DNA of 33,395 nt, taken from the NCBI GenBank assembly GCA_049320885.1, contig JBMORA010000002.1, positions 1-33,395 on the forward strand. Direction: 5' to 3'. Both the position numbers and the translations under genes were made by a program. Numbering within the stretch: position 1 is the stretch's first letter; each line of letters starts with the position of its first letter. Shown piece by piece: positions 18,636 through 28,242 of this stretch. The DNA comes from Thermodesulfobacteriota bacterium. GTDB lineage: Bacteria; Desulfobacterota; Desulfobacteria; Desulfobacterales; SURF-7. The notes beneath the pieces were generated by a model. It had not been told where the DNA came from, did not search any database, and worked only from the letters and a program-made list of their open reading frames with translations.

Positions 18636-19004
18636 TTATTTTTCCATGACCGTATAGCGGGTTACGGCTTTGTCCTCGAATTTGATCAGGATCATCCGGT
18701 TGCCCTCATTGGTGGGATAGATCCAGTCATCCGAGCGCACCTGGGAGGTTCCGGGGACAAAAAACCGCTCATGGTGTTTGCGTTCATAATAGGATTTTTT
18801 TTCCGCCGGGAAGCCCATCAGGAGTTCGATCTCCCGCATGTACAACCCTTCGATTTCACTTGCTTCCAGTTCAGTCACGGTTTTTTCGTCCAGGATGGTG
18901 TAGCGGCCGTTCTGTTTGGGATATTTTTGTTGAAGCTCCGCCAGTCTTTTGCTGCAGGCGGTCAGGCAGAGCAGGGTCAACAAGGCGATGGCAGCCGTTT
19001 TCAT
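18636..19004 (-). CDS. Small hypothetical lipoprotein
   Basis: MKT plus hydrophobic stretch and lipobox LTAC; RBS GGAGG upstream. Confidence 0.8.
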   Translation of the reverse strand: MKTAAIALLTLLCLTACSKRLAELQQKYPKQNGRYTILDEKTVTELEASEIEGLYMREIELLMGFPAEKKSYYERKHHERFFVPGTSQVRSDDWIYPTNEGNRMILIKFEDKAVTRYTVMEK

Positions 19005-19127
19005 GTTTCAGCCTCCGTTTCGGTTGGGGATATACCGGTCTGTCTACCAGCAATTCCGGTGATTGTAAAGCGCTGGATGCCGTGCCGGGCCAAGTCCCCG
19101 GCTGTTCCCCGTCTTTCAGGAAAGCCT

Positions 19128-19156
19128 TTGACAGGGCCTGTTTTTTTGAGTACCTT
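19128..19156 (+). promoter_or_regulatory. Putative sigma70 promoter of ptsP
   Basis: TTGACA (19128-19133), 17 bp spacer, TACCTT (19151-19156). Confidence 0.55.
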
Positions 19157-19173
19157 CCTGGGTGCGGGTGACG

Positions 19174-19190
19174 CCACGAAGATCACGAAG
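19174..19190 (+). repeat. 9-mer tandem repeat (CACGAAG core, two units)
   Basis: CCACGAAG-ATCACGAAG in the ptsP leader. Confidence 0.35.
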
Positions 19191-19259
19191 GGAGAATCCA
19201 GACAGATTGTCACCATGATGAACAGGACCAGCAACGGCGCGAAGAAAGCAGGCAACGGC

Positions 19260-21533
19260 ATGAAAGCGGACGACAGCGACAACCGGATCAGCCTGTTGTA
19301 CAATATCATCGATCTGGCCGATCTCCTGACCGGCAGCGCCGATATCCAGGGCTTTTTGCAGCGGACCGTGGAACTCGTTTCCGGGCACCTGGCGGCCCAG
19401 GTCTGCTCCATTTATCTGTATGATGAACAAAAAGAAGCACTGGTCCTGAAAGCCACCATCGGGTTGAATCCGGACGCCGTGGGAAAAATCAGCCTGAAGC
19501 CCGGCGAGGGCCTGGTGGGAACGGCCCTGGAAACCGGCAATCCCGTCAACGAGGGCGACGCCGGGCAAAACCCCCGGTTTAAATATTTTTCCGAAGCCGG
19601 CGAGGACCGTTTCGCCTCCCTGCTGGCCATTCCCATCCGTCACGGCAGCGACCCGGTCGGCGTCCTGGTGGTCCAGCATGAGGACCGGAATTTTTTCAGC
19701 GAAACCGATGTCATGACCCTGCGGGCCCTGGCGGCCCAGCTGGTGGGCGCCATTGAAAACGCCAAGGTGCTCATGGGCCACGCCCCGGATGGGAAACGGA
19801 AGCCCGGCGGCTGCGAGCCCGAAGCCCTGCGGTTCATCAAGGCCGAGATCGGCGCCACCGGATACGCCCAGGCACCGGTGAAAATTCTCAACCGGGGCCG
19901 GGATCTGCTGATGGGGGTGGAGGAGGACGACCGGGACGACACCCTGAAGCTGGCCGACTTCCACCGGGCGGTCCGCACCACCGGCGATCAGCTCAAGGCC
20001 CTCCAGAACCGGTTCGCGGCCCGGCTTCCGGAAAGCGCCTCCCTGATTTTCTCCGCCCATTTCATGATCCTGAAGGATCCCAAATTCATCGGCTCGATGA
20101 TCCAGCTGATTCAGGACGGGGTCTCTCCGCCCAAGGCGGTCCGGGACATGGCCATGAAATATATCCATATTTTCTCGTCCAGCTCCCATGCCTATATCCG
20201 CGAGAAGGTCAACGACGTGGAGGACCTGTCCAGACGACTTCTCACCAACCTCTACCGGGCGGATCTGAAGGAATCCATCATCGGCGAAAAACGCATCGTC
20301 ATCGCGGCCGAACTCTATCCCTCGGACATCCTGAAACTGGCCTCCGAGGAAGTGCGCGGCATCATCCTGGTGGGCGGCAGCGTCACCTCCCATGTCACCA
20401 TCCTGTCCCGCTCCCTGCAGATACCCATGCTCATCGCCGACTGTCCCGAGCTTCTCCGCCTGCCGGAAGACACCCCGCTGATCATGGATGCGGAGATCGG
20501 CAGCATCTACGTCGATCCGTCGGAAGAGATCATCCAGCGGTTTCAGATCCGCAACGAGGCCAGAAGGAAAGCGGAACCCTTCAACCTGCGCATGGCCCCC
20601 ACCACCCATACCCGGGACGGGGTCCGGGTCCAGCTGCTCTGCAATATCAACCTGCTGAGCGAACTGTCCGTGGCCCGGGATCTGAAAGCCGAGGGCATCG
20701 GGCTCTATCGCACGGAATTCCCGTTCCTGATCCGCTCCATGTTTCCCTCCGAGGAGGAGCAGGTGGGGATTTACAAACGCCTGATCGAGGAAATGGGGGA
20801 TCGCGAAATCATCCTCCGCACCCTGGACGTGGGGGGCGACAAGGTGCTTTCCTACTACGACACCACCGGCGAGAACAACCCCCAGCTGGGTCTGCGTTCC
20901 GTCCGCTTTTCCCTGAAGCACCCGGAGATTTTCCAGCAGCAGATCCGGGCGATTCTGCGGGCCGCCGCCGGCAGGAAAAGCATCCGGATCATGTTTCCCA
21001 TGATCTCCTCCCTGGACGATTTTTGCGCCGCCAGGGAAGTGGTGCGCGACTGCCTGGACGATCTGGCCCGGCGGCAGATTCTCCATCACCCGGACCCGTC
21101 CCTGGGCATGATGATCGAGGTGCCTTCCGTGGTGGAGCTCATCGAGGAATTTGCCGGCATGGTGGATTTTTTCTCCATCGGCACCAATGACTTCGTCCAG
21201 TACATGCTGGCCGCGGACCGCACCAATACGCGGGTCTCGGAGTACTATCAGCCCTGGCATCCCTCGGTGCTCCGGGGGCTGTCCCGGATCGTCCAGGCCG
21301 TGAAAAAAACGGGCAAGGACATTTCCGTTTGCGGGGAGGTGGCCCGGGATCTGGACTACATCCCCTTCCTTTTGGGCATCGGCATCCGGCGGCTGAGCAT
21401 CGATCCCCAGTTCCTGCCCTCGGTGCAGCAGTGGATCGTGGAGTTGAGCATGGCCGAGGCGGAGGACTTCGCCGCAGCCGTGCTGGCGCGGTCCACCATC
21501 AAGGAAGTGCTGGAAATCGTCGCGGCGGGCTGA
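19260..21533 (+). CDS. ptsP: GAF-domain PEP-protein phosphotransferase (Enzyme I-Ntr)
   Basis: N-terminal GAF (VCSIYL, GEGLVG, GVLVVQ); phospho-His motif TSHVTILSR; GIGLYRTEF; RTLDVGGDK; FFSIGTNDF; SVCGE. Start is 19215 or 19260, not 18771. Confidence 0.93.
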   Translation: MKADDSDNRISLLYNIIDLADLLTGSADIQGFLQRTVELVSGHLAAQVCSIYLYDEQKEALVLKATIGLNPDAVGKISLKPGEGLVGTALETGNPVNEGDAGQNPRFKYFSEAGEDRFASLLAIPIRHGSDPVGVLVVQHEDRNFFSETDVMTLRALAAQLVGAIENAKVLMGHAPDGKRKPGGCEPEALRFIKAEIGATGYAQAPVKILNRGRDLLMGVEEDDRDDTLKLADFHRAVRTTGDQLKALQNRFAARLPESASLIFSAHFMILKDPKFIGSMIQLIQDGVSPPKAVRDMAMKYIHIFSSSSHAYIREKVNDVEDLSRRLLTNLYRADLKESIIGEKRIVIAAELYPSDILKLASEEVRGIILVGGSVTSHVTILSRSLQIPMLIADCPELLRLPEDTPLIMDAEIGSIYVDPSEEIIQRFQIRNEARRKAEPFNLRMAPTTHTRDGVRVQLLCNINLLSELSVARDLKAEGIGLYRTEFPFLIRSMFPSEEEQVGIYKRLIEEMGDREIILRTLDVGGDKVLSYYDTTGENNPQLGLRSVRFSLKHPEIFQQQIRAILRAAAGRKSIRIMFPMISSLDDFCAAREVVRDCLDDLARRQILHHPDPSLGMMIEVPSVVELIEEFAGMVDFFSIGTNDFVQYMLAADRTNTRVSEYYQPWHPSVLRGLSRIVQAVKKTGKDISVCGEVARDLDYIPFLLGIGIRRLSIDPQFLPSVQQWIVELSMAEAEDFAAAVLARSTIKEVLEIVAAG

Positions 21534-21541
21534 TTTTTTTT

Positions 21542-21571
21542 AACCACGGATGGACACGGCTGAACACGGAT
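21542..21571 (+). repeat. 10-mer tandem repeat (CACGGAT core, three units)
   Basis: AACCACGGAT-GGACACGGCT-GAACACGGAT directly after the ptsP stop. Confidence 0.7.
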
Positions 21572-21705
21572 GGCTGTTTCCATAGGATCATCCGGATTGC
21601 CGCGGGTTTTCCCTTGACTCCCCATCGGGCGCTGGTTTAAAAAGGAAGAACCGGCGGTAGCGAACGGCCCGGTTCACCCTGTCACCCGAAAGCAAGCAGT
21701 CCCCC

Positions 21706-22491
21706 ATGGCGGATCTTCCGAAGGAAAAGCAAGTGGCTTTCACCAATCCGGCAGGAGAACGGCTGGCCGGGACCCTGCATCTGCCGGCCAGGCCCGCAGC
21801 CCGGGCCCTGGCCATGGGGCATTGCTTCACCTGTTCCCGTCACACCCGCATTTTATCCGACATCTGCCGCGGCATGTCCCGGGCGGGATTCCTGGCCCTC
21901 CGGTTCGATTTTTCCGGCAACGGCCAGAGCGAAGGGGATTTCGCGGCGTCTTCCTACTCCAAGCACATGGATGAAATGCGCTCCGCCGTGGAATTCCTGC
22001 GGCGGGAAGGCTGCGACTGGATCGGTCTGGCCGGCCACAGCATGGGCGCGGCCATCGCGCTGCTCACCGCCGCGCGGCATCAGGGGGTCAAGGCCCTGTG
22101 CACCCTGGCCGGGCGGTATTCCGGCCTGAATGTCCGGGGGCTGCTGGACCGTCTCCAGGCCAGGGAACTGGCGGATCAGGGCCGGGTGACCTTCGTAAGC
22201 CGCGGCAGGGCCCTTGCGCTCCACCACACGTTTTTCGAGGACGCGGACCGGCAGGATCCGGCGGCGGCCCTGCGGAACGCGGCCTGTCCCATCCTGGCGG
22301 TCCATGGGGACATGGACGAGATCATTCCGGTCGCGGAAGCCCGGCATGCGGCGGCAACGCGGCCCGACAGCGTGGCGACGGCCATCATCCCGGGCGCCGA
22401 TCACATGTTCAGCCGGGCGGAGCACCGCGAGGCGGTGACGGCCCTGGTGACGGCCTGGTTCTTGAAACAGGCGCCTCCGGAAGCCGGCTGA
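21706..22491 (+). CDS. Alpha/beta-fold hydrolase (HCFTC type, like the hydrolase domain of OsmC fusions)
   Basis: HCFTC; RFDFSGNGQSEG; GHSMG nucleophile elbow; HGDMD; GADHMF. Confidence 0.88.
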   Translation: MADLPKEKQVAFTNPAGERLAGTLHLPARPAARALAMGHCFTCSRHTRILSDICRGMSRAGFLALRFDFSGNGQSEGDFAASSYSKHMDEMRSAVEFLRREGCDWIGLAGHSMGAAIALLTAARHQGVKALCTLAGRYSGLNVRGLLDRLQARELADQGRVTFVSRGRALALHHTFFEDADRQDPAAALRNAACPILAVHGDMDEIIPVAEARHAAATRPDSVATAIIPGADHMFSRAEHREAVTALVTAWFLKQAPPEAG

Positions 22492-22534
22492 CGGCGGCCC
22501 GGCGGCGTGAATTTTCCCTACAGAGGTTGCCCTT

Positions 22535-25255
22535 ATGAATCTGGACGAGACTTTCAGCGCGGAGTACATGGATGCCCAATACGCCAGATGGCGGCAGGAC
22601 CCTGCGTCCGTGTCGCCGGACTGGCGCCATTTTTTCCAGGGATTCGAGCTCGGCCGTTCCGGCGGCGAGGGCGAAGCCGTCTGCACCGCGGACCAGGCCC
22701 TGAAGCAGGCCCGGGTGGAGGCCCTGAAATACCGCTACCGGGACATGGGTCACCTGCTTTCCTGCCTGGATCCCCTGGCGGCTTGCCCCACGGACCACCC
22801 CCTGCTGAGCCTGGCGGCCTTCGGGCTTTCGCTTGACGACCTCGGCGAGACCTTCCACACCCGGCGCTTCGGCCGGGACGGCCGGGCCACCCTGAAGGAG
22901 ATCCTCCAGGTGCTGCGGGAGACCTACTGCCGCTCCGTGGGCGTGGAGTACATGCACCTCCAGGACCCGGCGGAAAAGCGCTGGCTCCAGGACCGCATGG
23001 AGCCGGTCCGCAACCGGCCCGAGTACGACCGGCAGGCCCGGACCCGCATTCTGACGAAACTGCATCACGCGGCTCTGTTCGAGGCCATGCTGAACAAAAA
23101 ATATCCGGCCCAGACCCGTTTTTCCCTGGAGGGCGCCGAGGGCCTCATTCCCATGCTGGACGCCCTGGTGATTCACGCCGCGGCCAGGGGCTGCCGGGAC
23201 GTCGTTCTCGGCATGGCCCACCGGGGACGGCTCAACGTGCTGGTCAACATCCTGCAGAAGCCCTACCTGAAAATTTTTCAGGAATTCGCCAATTCCTACG
23301 ACCCCGGCAGCCTGGTCGGCGCCGGGGACGTGAAATATCACAACGGCTACCTGTCCACCGTTTCCCTGCCCGGCGGCGACCGGATCCGCATGCTGCTGGT
23401 CAACAATCCCAGCCACCTGGAATCCGTGGATCCGGTGGTGGAGGGCCTGGCCAGGGGGCTCCAGGACCGCCTGGCCGGAACGGAAGCCGACCCGGCCGCC
23501 AGCGTCCTGCCGGTGCTGATCCACGGCGACGCGGCCTTCGCCGGCCAGGGGGTGGTGACCGAGACCCTGAACCTGTCCCAGCTGACCGGCTACGCCACCG
23601 GCGGCACCCTGCACATCGTGATCAACAACCAGATCGGCTATACCACCCTGCCGGAAAACGCCCGTTCCACGCGCTATTCCACGGATGTGGCCAAGATGCT
23701 GATGGTGCCCATCTTCCATGTCCACGGTGAAAACCCGGAGGCCCTGGTGCATGTGGTCAAGCTGGCCTGCGACTACCGCTGCGCCTTCGGCAAGGACGCG
23801 GTCATCGACCTGGTCTGCTACCGCCGGCACGGCCACAACGAGGGCGACGAACCCTATTTCACCCAGCCGGAAATGTATGCGCGGATTCACCAGCGGCCCC
23901 CGGTCCACCGCCTGTATGCCGACCGGCTGCTGGAGGAAGGCGTGGTGACCCGGGAGGAGATCGCGGCCATTGAAGCCGGCGTGGTCCAGTGCCTGGAGGA
24001 GCAGTTCCAGGCCGAGCAGCAGGTGCCCCGGGTGTTGCCCCGGCCCGAATTCTATCCCCAGTGGCAGGGCTTTCATGGCGATTTCAGCGATGACGGCGCG
24101 GCAACCGCCGTGGACGCGGAGAACCTTCTGAATCTGGCGCGCAGGATCAACGCCCTGCCGCCCGGCTTCAAGCCCCATCCCAAGCTGGAGCGGGTGTACA
24201 GGCAGCGCCTGGAAAGCGTCGAGGGCGGGGCGGGCATCGACTGGGCCAATGCCGAGGCCCTGGCCTTCGCCAGCCTGGTTACGGAAGGCTTTTTCGTGCG
24301 CCTGAGCGGCCAGGACTGCGCCCGGGGCACCTTCAGCCAGCGGCACGCCACGGCCTTCGACAACGCAACCGGGGCCGCGCACACGCCCCTTTCGGCCCTG
24401 GCCGGACAGCCGGGCGGCTTCACGGTGCTGAACAGCTCCCTTTCGGAAACCGGCGTGCTCGGTTTCGAGTACGGCTACTCCCTGGCCAGGCCGGAAGGAC
24501 TCACGGCCTGGGAGGCCCAGTTCGGCGATTTCGCCAACAACGCCCAGAGCGTCATCGACCTCTATATCGTCAGCGGCGAGGCCAAATGGCAGCGGCTGAG
24601 CGGCCTTACGCTGCTGTTGCCCCACGGTTGGGAAGGCTTGGGGCCGGAACATTCCAGCGCCCGGCTGGAACGGTTCCTGCAGCTCTGCGCCGGGGACAAC
24701 CTCCAGGTCTGCAACCCCACCACGCCGGCCCAGTATTTCCACCTGCTGCGGCGCCAGGTGAAAAACAGCTGGCGCAAGCCGCTGGTGGTCATGACCCCCA
24801 AGAGCCTCCTGCGCAACCCCCTGGCCGTGTCCGACCTGGCGGACCTGACCGGCGGCGGGTTCGCGCCGGTGTTGGACGACGCAGCCTCCGGCAAGACCGC
24901 CCGGCGGGTGATCCTCACCAGCGGGAAATTGTATTACGAATTGCGCCAGCGCCGGGAGGAAAACCAGGCCCGGCAGATCGCCATCCTGCGCCTGGAGCAG
25001 TACCACCCCTTCCCGGAACAGCGCCTGGCGGACCTGGTAAGGCAATATGCCCGGGCTGCGGAATGGCTCTGGGTGCAGGAAGAGCCGGAGAACATGGGGG
25101 CCTGGCAGTTCGTGCGGACCCGCCTGGGAGAGCTCCTCGGCCGGCCCTTGCGCTATGTGGGCCGCAAGGCCTCGCCCAGCCCGGCCACCGGGTTTCACAA
25201 CATCTACCGGCAGGAGCAGGCGGCCATTATCGACGAGGCCGTGGGGGGGAAGTAG
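22535..25255 (+). CDS. sucA: 2-oxoglutarate dehydrogenase E1
   Basis: RFSLEGAE; GMAHRGRLN; GDVKYH; NPSHLE; HGDAAFAGQG; WEAQFGDF; GPEHSSARLERF. Confidence 0.97.
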   Translation: MNLDETFSAEYMDAQYARWRQDPASVSPDWRHFFQGFELGRSGGEGEAVCTADQALKQARVEALKYRYRDMGHLLSCLDPLAACPTDHPLLSLAAFGLSLDDLGETFHTRRFGRDGRATLKEILQVLRETYCRSVGVEYMHLQDPAEKRWLQDRMEPVRNRPEYDRQARTRILTKLHHAALFEAMLNKKYPAQTRFSLEGAEGLIPMLDALVIHAAARGCRDVVLGMAHRGRLNVLVNILQKPYLKIFQEFANSYDPGSLVGAGDVKYHNGYLSTVSLPGGDRIRMLLVNNPSHLESVDPVVEGLARGLQDRLAGTEADPAASVLPVLIHGDAAFAGQGVVTETLNLSQLTGYATGGTLHIVINNQIGYTTLPENARSTRYSTDVAKMLMVPIFHVHGENPEALVHVVKLACDYRCAFGKDAVIDLVCYRRHGHNEGDEPYFTQPEMYARIHQRPPVHRLYADRLLEEGVVTREEIAAIEAGVVQCLEEQFQAEQQVPRVLPRPEFYPQWQGFHGDFSDDGAATAVDAENLLNLARRINALPPGFKPHPKLERVYRQRLESVEGGAGIDWANAEALAFASLVTEGFFVRLSGQDCARGTFSQRHATAFDNATGAAHTPLSALAGQPGGFTVLNSSLSETGVLGFEYGYSLARPEGLTAWEAQFGDFANNAQSVIDLYIVSGEAKWQRLSGLTLLLPHGWEGLGPEHSSARLERFLQLCAGDNLQVCNPTTPAQYFHLLRRQVKNSWRKPLVVMTPKSLLRNPLAVSDLADLTGGGFAPVLDDAASGKTARRVILTSGKLYYELRQRREENQARQIAILRLEQYHPFPEQRLADLVRQYARAAEWLWVQEEPENMGAWQFVRTRLGELLGRPLRYVGRKASPSPATGFHNIYRQEQAAIIDEAVGGK

Positions 25256-25259
25256 AGGG

Positions 25260-25308
25260 CAGGAGCCAGGAGACAGAAGCCAGAAGTCAGGAGACAGGAG
25301 ACAGAATA
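25260..25308 (+). repeat. 7-mer tandem array CAGRAGN, seven units
   Basis: CAGGAGC CAGGAGA CAGAAGC CAGAAGT CAGGAGA CAGGAGA CAGAATA. Confidence 0.9.
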
Positions 25309-25319
25309 AGGTGTTTTTG

Positions 25320-25354
25320 AATTCGTAATTCGTAATTCCCAATTCGTAATTCCT
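25320..25354 (+). repeat. 7-mer tandem array AATTCGT, five units
   Basis: AATTCGT AATTCGT AATTCCC AATTCGT AATTCCT, ending just before the sucB RBS. Confidence 0.9.
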
Positions 25355-25368
25355 CAAGGGGTGTGGTC

Positions 25369-26643
25369 ATGCAGATAGAAATCAAAGTTCCCAGCGTGGG
25401 CGAATCCATCAAGGAAGCGGTGCTGGCCCAGTGGTACAAACAGGACGGCGACCGTGTCCGCAGGGACGAGCCCCTGTTCGTCATCGAGACCGACAAGGTC
25501 ACCCTGGAAGTGACCGCCCCGGCCGACGGCGTTCTGAAGATCACGGTGCCCGAAGGCGCGACCGTGGCCATCGGCGCGGTGGTGGGGCAAATCGAGACCG
25601 CCGCCGCGGCGGCGGAAAAACCCGGAAAGGCCCCCGCTGCCGAGACGCAACCCGTCCCGGCCCCGGCCCCCAAGGCAGTGGTTCCCGAACCGGCGCCGGC
25701 GCCCGCCGCGCCCTTGCCGGAAGCCGCGGCCGCGGAATCCCGGCGGGTGCTGTTGTCACCTTCCGTGCGGCGGCTGATGGCCCTCAAGCAGGTGGACCCG
25801 TCCGCTGTTCAGGCCACCGGCCCCGGGGACCGGGTCACCAAGGCGGATGTGCTCGCCCATCTGGAAAACCGGGCCCAGGCTCCGGCCGGGGAGGCGCCCC
25901 GGCCCGCGGCGGCACCGGCCGCCGGGACAGGGACGGAACCGGCGGAAACAACCACCCGCAAGCCCATGAGCCCCATCCGCAAGCGCATCGCGGCCCGGCT
26001 GCTGGAAGCAAAGAACGGCACGGCCATGCTCACCACCTTCAACGAGATCGACATGGGCAACGTCATGGACATGCGCGCCCGCTTCAAGGAGGTTTTCCAG
26101 AAACGGCACGGCGTCTCCCTGGGGTTCATGTCGTTTTTCATCAAGGCCGCGGTCCAGGCCCTGCGGGAATTCCCGGCCATCAACGCCTTCATCGAGGGCG
26201 ACGACGTGGTCTATCACGACTACTACCATATCGGCGTGGCGGTGGGCTCGGCCCGCGGGCTGGTGGTGCCGGTGATCCGGCACGCCGACCGGCTGGGGTT
26301 CGCGGACCTGGAGCGGGCCATCAACGAGTTCGTGAAAAAAATCGACGAAAACCGCCTGGCCCTGGCCGACCTGGAGGGCGGCACCTTCACCATCACCAAC
26401 GGCGGCGTGTTCGGCTCGCTGCTGAGCACGCCCATCCTGAACACGCCCCAGAGCGGGATCCTGGGCATGCACAAGATCGAGAAGCGGCCGGTGGCGGTGG
26501 ACGACGCCGTCGTTATCCGGCCCATGATGTACGTGGCCCTGAGCTACGACCACCGCATGGTGGACGGCCGCGAAGCGGTGACCTTCCTGAAGCGCATCAA
26601 GGAAGGCGTGGAAAACCCGGAACGGATCATGATGGAGGTCTGA
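25369..26643 (+). CDS. sucB: Dihydrolipoamide succinyltransferase E2
   Basis: Lipoyl motif IETDKV; Ala/Pro linkers; E3-binding SPSVRRL; AMLTTFNE; LSYDHRMVDG; RBS AAGGGG. Confidence 0.97.
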   Translation: MQIEIKVPSVGESIKEAVLAQWYKQDGDRVRRDEPLFVIETDKVTLEVTAPADGVLKITVPEGATVAIGAVVGQIETAAAAAEKPGKAPAAETQPVPAPAPKAVVPEPAPAPAAPLPEAAAAESRRVLLSPSVRRLMALKQVDPSAVQATGPGDRVTKADVLAHLENRAQAPAGEAPRPAAAPAAGTGTEPAETTTRKPMSPIRKRIAARLLEAKNGTAMLTTFNEIDMGNVMDMRARFKEVFQKRHGVSLGFMSFFIKAAVQALREFPAINAFIEGDDVVYHDYYHIGVAVGSARGLVVPVIRHADRLGFADLERAINEFVKKIDENRLALADLEGGTFTITNGGVFGSLLSTPILNTPQSGILGMHKIEKRPVAVDDAVVIRPMMYVALSYDHRMVDGREAVTFLKRIKEGVENPERIMMEV

Positions 26644-26657
26644 AGGGAGATTCGGCA

Positions 26658-28082
26658 ATGACTCACGAAAATACGTTCGACCTGGTGATCATCGGCACAG
26701 GGCCCGGGGGCTATGTGGCCGCCGTGCGGGCCGCCCAGCTGGGCATGAAGGTGGCCTGCGTGGAAAAGGAGCCCCGCCCGGGGGGCGTGTGCCTGAACGT
26801 GGGCTGCATTCCCAGCAAGGCCCTGCTGGATTCCAGCGAATACTACCATCTGGCCCGGAGCCATTTCGCGGACCACGGCATCGGCGTGGGCCGGGTCACC
26901 CTGGACCTTGCGGCCATGATGGCGCGCAAGGACAAGGTGGTGGCCGATCTTACCTCCCAGGTGCGGGCCCTGCTGGACGGCCACGGCATACCCATTTTCC
27001 AGGGCGTCGGCCGGCTGACCGCGGCCGGACAAGTCGCGGTGACGGCGGCGGACGGCAAGGGCAAGGGGAAGCCCCTTTCGCTCTCGGCCGGCCGGATTCT
27101 GCTAGCCACGGGCAGCGCGCCAGTGGCCCTGCCGGGGCTGCCCTTTGACGGCAACAGGGTCATCACCTCCACCGAGGCCCTGGCATTACCCGAGGTGCCC
27201 AACCACCTGGGGATCGTGGGCGGCGGCTACATCGGCCTGGAGCTCGGCTCGGTGTGGCAGCGGCTGGGGGCCAAGGTGACGGTGATCGAGATGCTGCCCA
27301 AAATCGCCGCTTCCCTGGACGGCCAGGTGAACCGCAGCCTGGAGCGGATCCTGAAAAGCCAGGGTATGGAATTCCGGCTGAACACCCGGGTGCTGGGGGC
27401 CAAGACCGGGAAAGCCAAGGTGACGGTGGATGTGGCCGCCGGCGACAAAACCGAGAAACTGACCTTCGACCGCCTGCTGGTGGCCGTGGGCCGTCGGCCC
27501 CTGACCGAAGGGCTGGGGCTTCTGGAACTCGGCGTGGAAACCGATCCGCGTACGGGTCATATCCGCGTGGGCGAGGACTACCGGACCAGCGTGGAGGGCA
27601 TTTACGCCATCGGCGACCTGATCGCCGGCCCCATGCTGGCCCACAAGGCCTCGGCCGAGGGCGTGGCCGCCGTGGAATGCATGGCCGGCCTGCCCGGGGA
27701 GGTGAATTACGACGCCATCCCTTCCGTGATCTACACCTGGCCGGAGGTGGCCTCCGTGGGGCTCACCGAGGAGCAGGTCAAGGAGCGGGGGATGCCCTAC
27801 TGCGTGGGGACCCATCCGTTTTCCGGCACCGGGCGGGCCCGCTGCATGGGGGAGAAGGACGGTTTCGTCAAGGTCATCGCCCAGTCCAAAACCGACCGGA
27901 TTCTGGGGGTGCACATCATCGGACCGCGGGCCGCGGACATGATCGCGGAAAGCGTGCTGGCCATGGAATTCGGCGCTTCCTCCGAGGATCTGGCCCGCAC
28001 CGTGCACGGGCATCCGACCTTTGCCGAGGCTTTGCAGGAGGCGGCTTTGGGGATCCGGAAGTGCTCCATCTATAGTTCTTAG
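26658..28082 (+). CDS. lpdA: Dihydrolipoamide dehydrogenase E3
   Basis: IIGTGPGGY; GGVCLNVGCIPSK; GGGYIGLE; MLAHKA; HGHPTFAE; RBS AAGGGAG before ATG 26658. Confidence 0.97.
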   Translation: MTHENTFDLVIIGTGPGGYVAAVRAAQLGMKVACVEKEPRPGGVCLNVGCIPSKALLDSSEYYHLARSHFADHGIGVGRVTLDLAAMMARKDKVVADLTSQVRALLDGHGIPIFQGVGRLTAAGQVAVTAADGKGKGKPLSLSAGRILLATGSAPVALPGLPFDGNRVITSTEALALPEVPNHLGIVGGGYIGLELGSVWQRLGAKVTVIEMLPKIAASLDGQVNRSLERILKSQGMEFRLNTRVLGAKTGKAKVTVDVAAGDKTEKLTFDRLLVAVGRRPLTEGLGLLELGVETDPRTGHIRVGEDYRTSVEGIYAIGDLIAGPMLAHKASAEGVAAVECMAGLPGEVNYDAIPSVIYTWPEVASVGLTEEQVKERGMPYCVGTHPFSGTGRARCMGEKDGFVKVIAQSKTDRILGVHIIGPRAADMIAESVLAMEFGASSEDLARTVHGHPTFAEALQEAALGIRKCSIYSS

Positions 28083-28103
28083 GACCTGAACAAGATTTTC
28101 TAT

Positions 28104-28134
28104 CCACAGATTACACAGATGACACAGATGAAAG
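28104..28134 (+). repeat. 9-mer tandem repeat (CACAGAT core, three units)
   Basis: CCACAGAT-TACACAGAT-GACACAGAT-GAAAG after the lpdA stop. Confidence 0.8.
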
Positions 28135-28208
28135 TAAAACGGTCTCGCCCGGCGCGGTTCTGGTGACCCGTCGATTTTGTGGTCCTGTGGTTCTGGGAGG
28201 GCCGCCGT

Positions 28209-28233
28209 CTCCGGCGGCCGGTAGCCGCCGGAG
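28209..28233. terminator. GC-rich hairpin between convergent genes (possible terminator)
   Basis: CTCCGGCGGC and GCCGCCGGAG form a perfect 10-bp stem with a 5-nt loop. No clear U-tract. Confidence 0.45.
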
Positions 28234-28242
28234 GGAGCGGGA

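Noticed and set aside
18771..19214. N-terminal extension of PtsP in the ORF track
   Set aside because: Overlaps the opposite-strand lipoprotein gene and lies upstream of or across the predicted ptsP promoter.
25260..25354. Possible CRISPR array
   Set aside because: Units are 7 bp and contiguous, with no unique spacers and no cas genes.
22409..25357. 982-aa antisense ORF (also 19116-21260, 29857-31719, 3501-4817 and similar)
   Set aside because: Shadow frames opposite well-conserved genes; high-GC codon bias removes antisense stops; no recognisable motifs.
25431..26657. Apparent 883-aa LpdA fusion with a long N-terminal extension
   Set aside because: The extension is an alternative frame of sucB with R/G/P-rich composition; lpdA has its own RBS and ATG at 26658.
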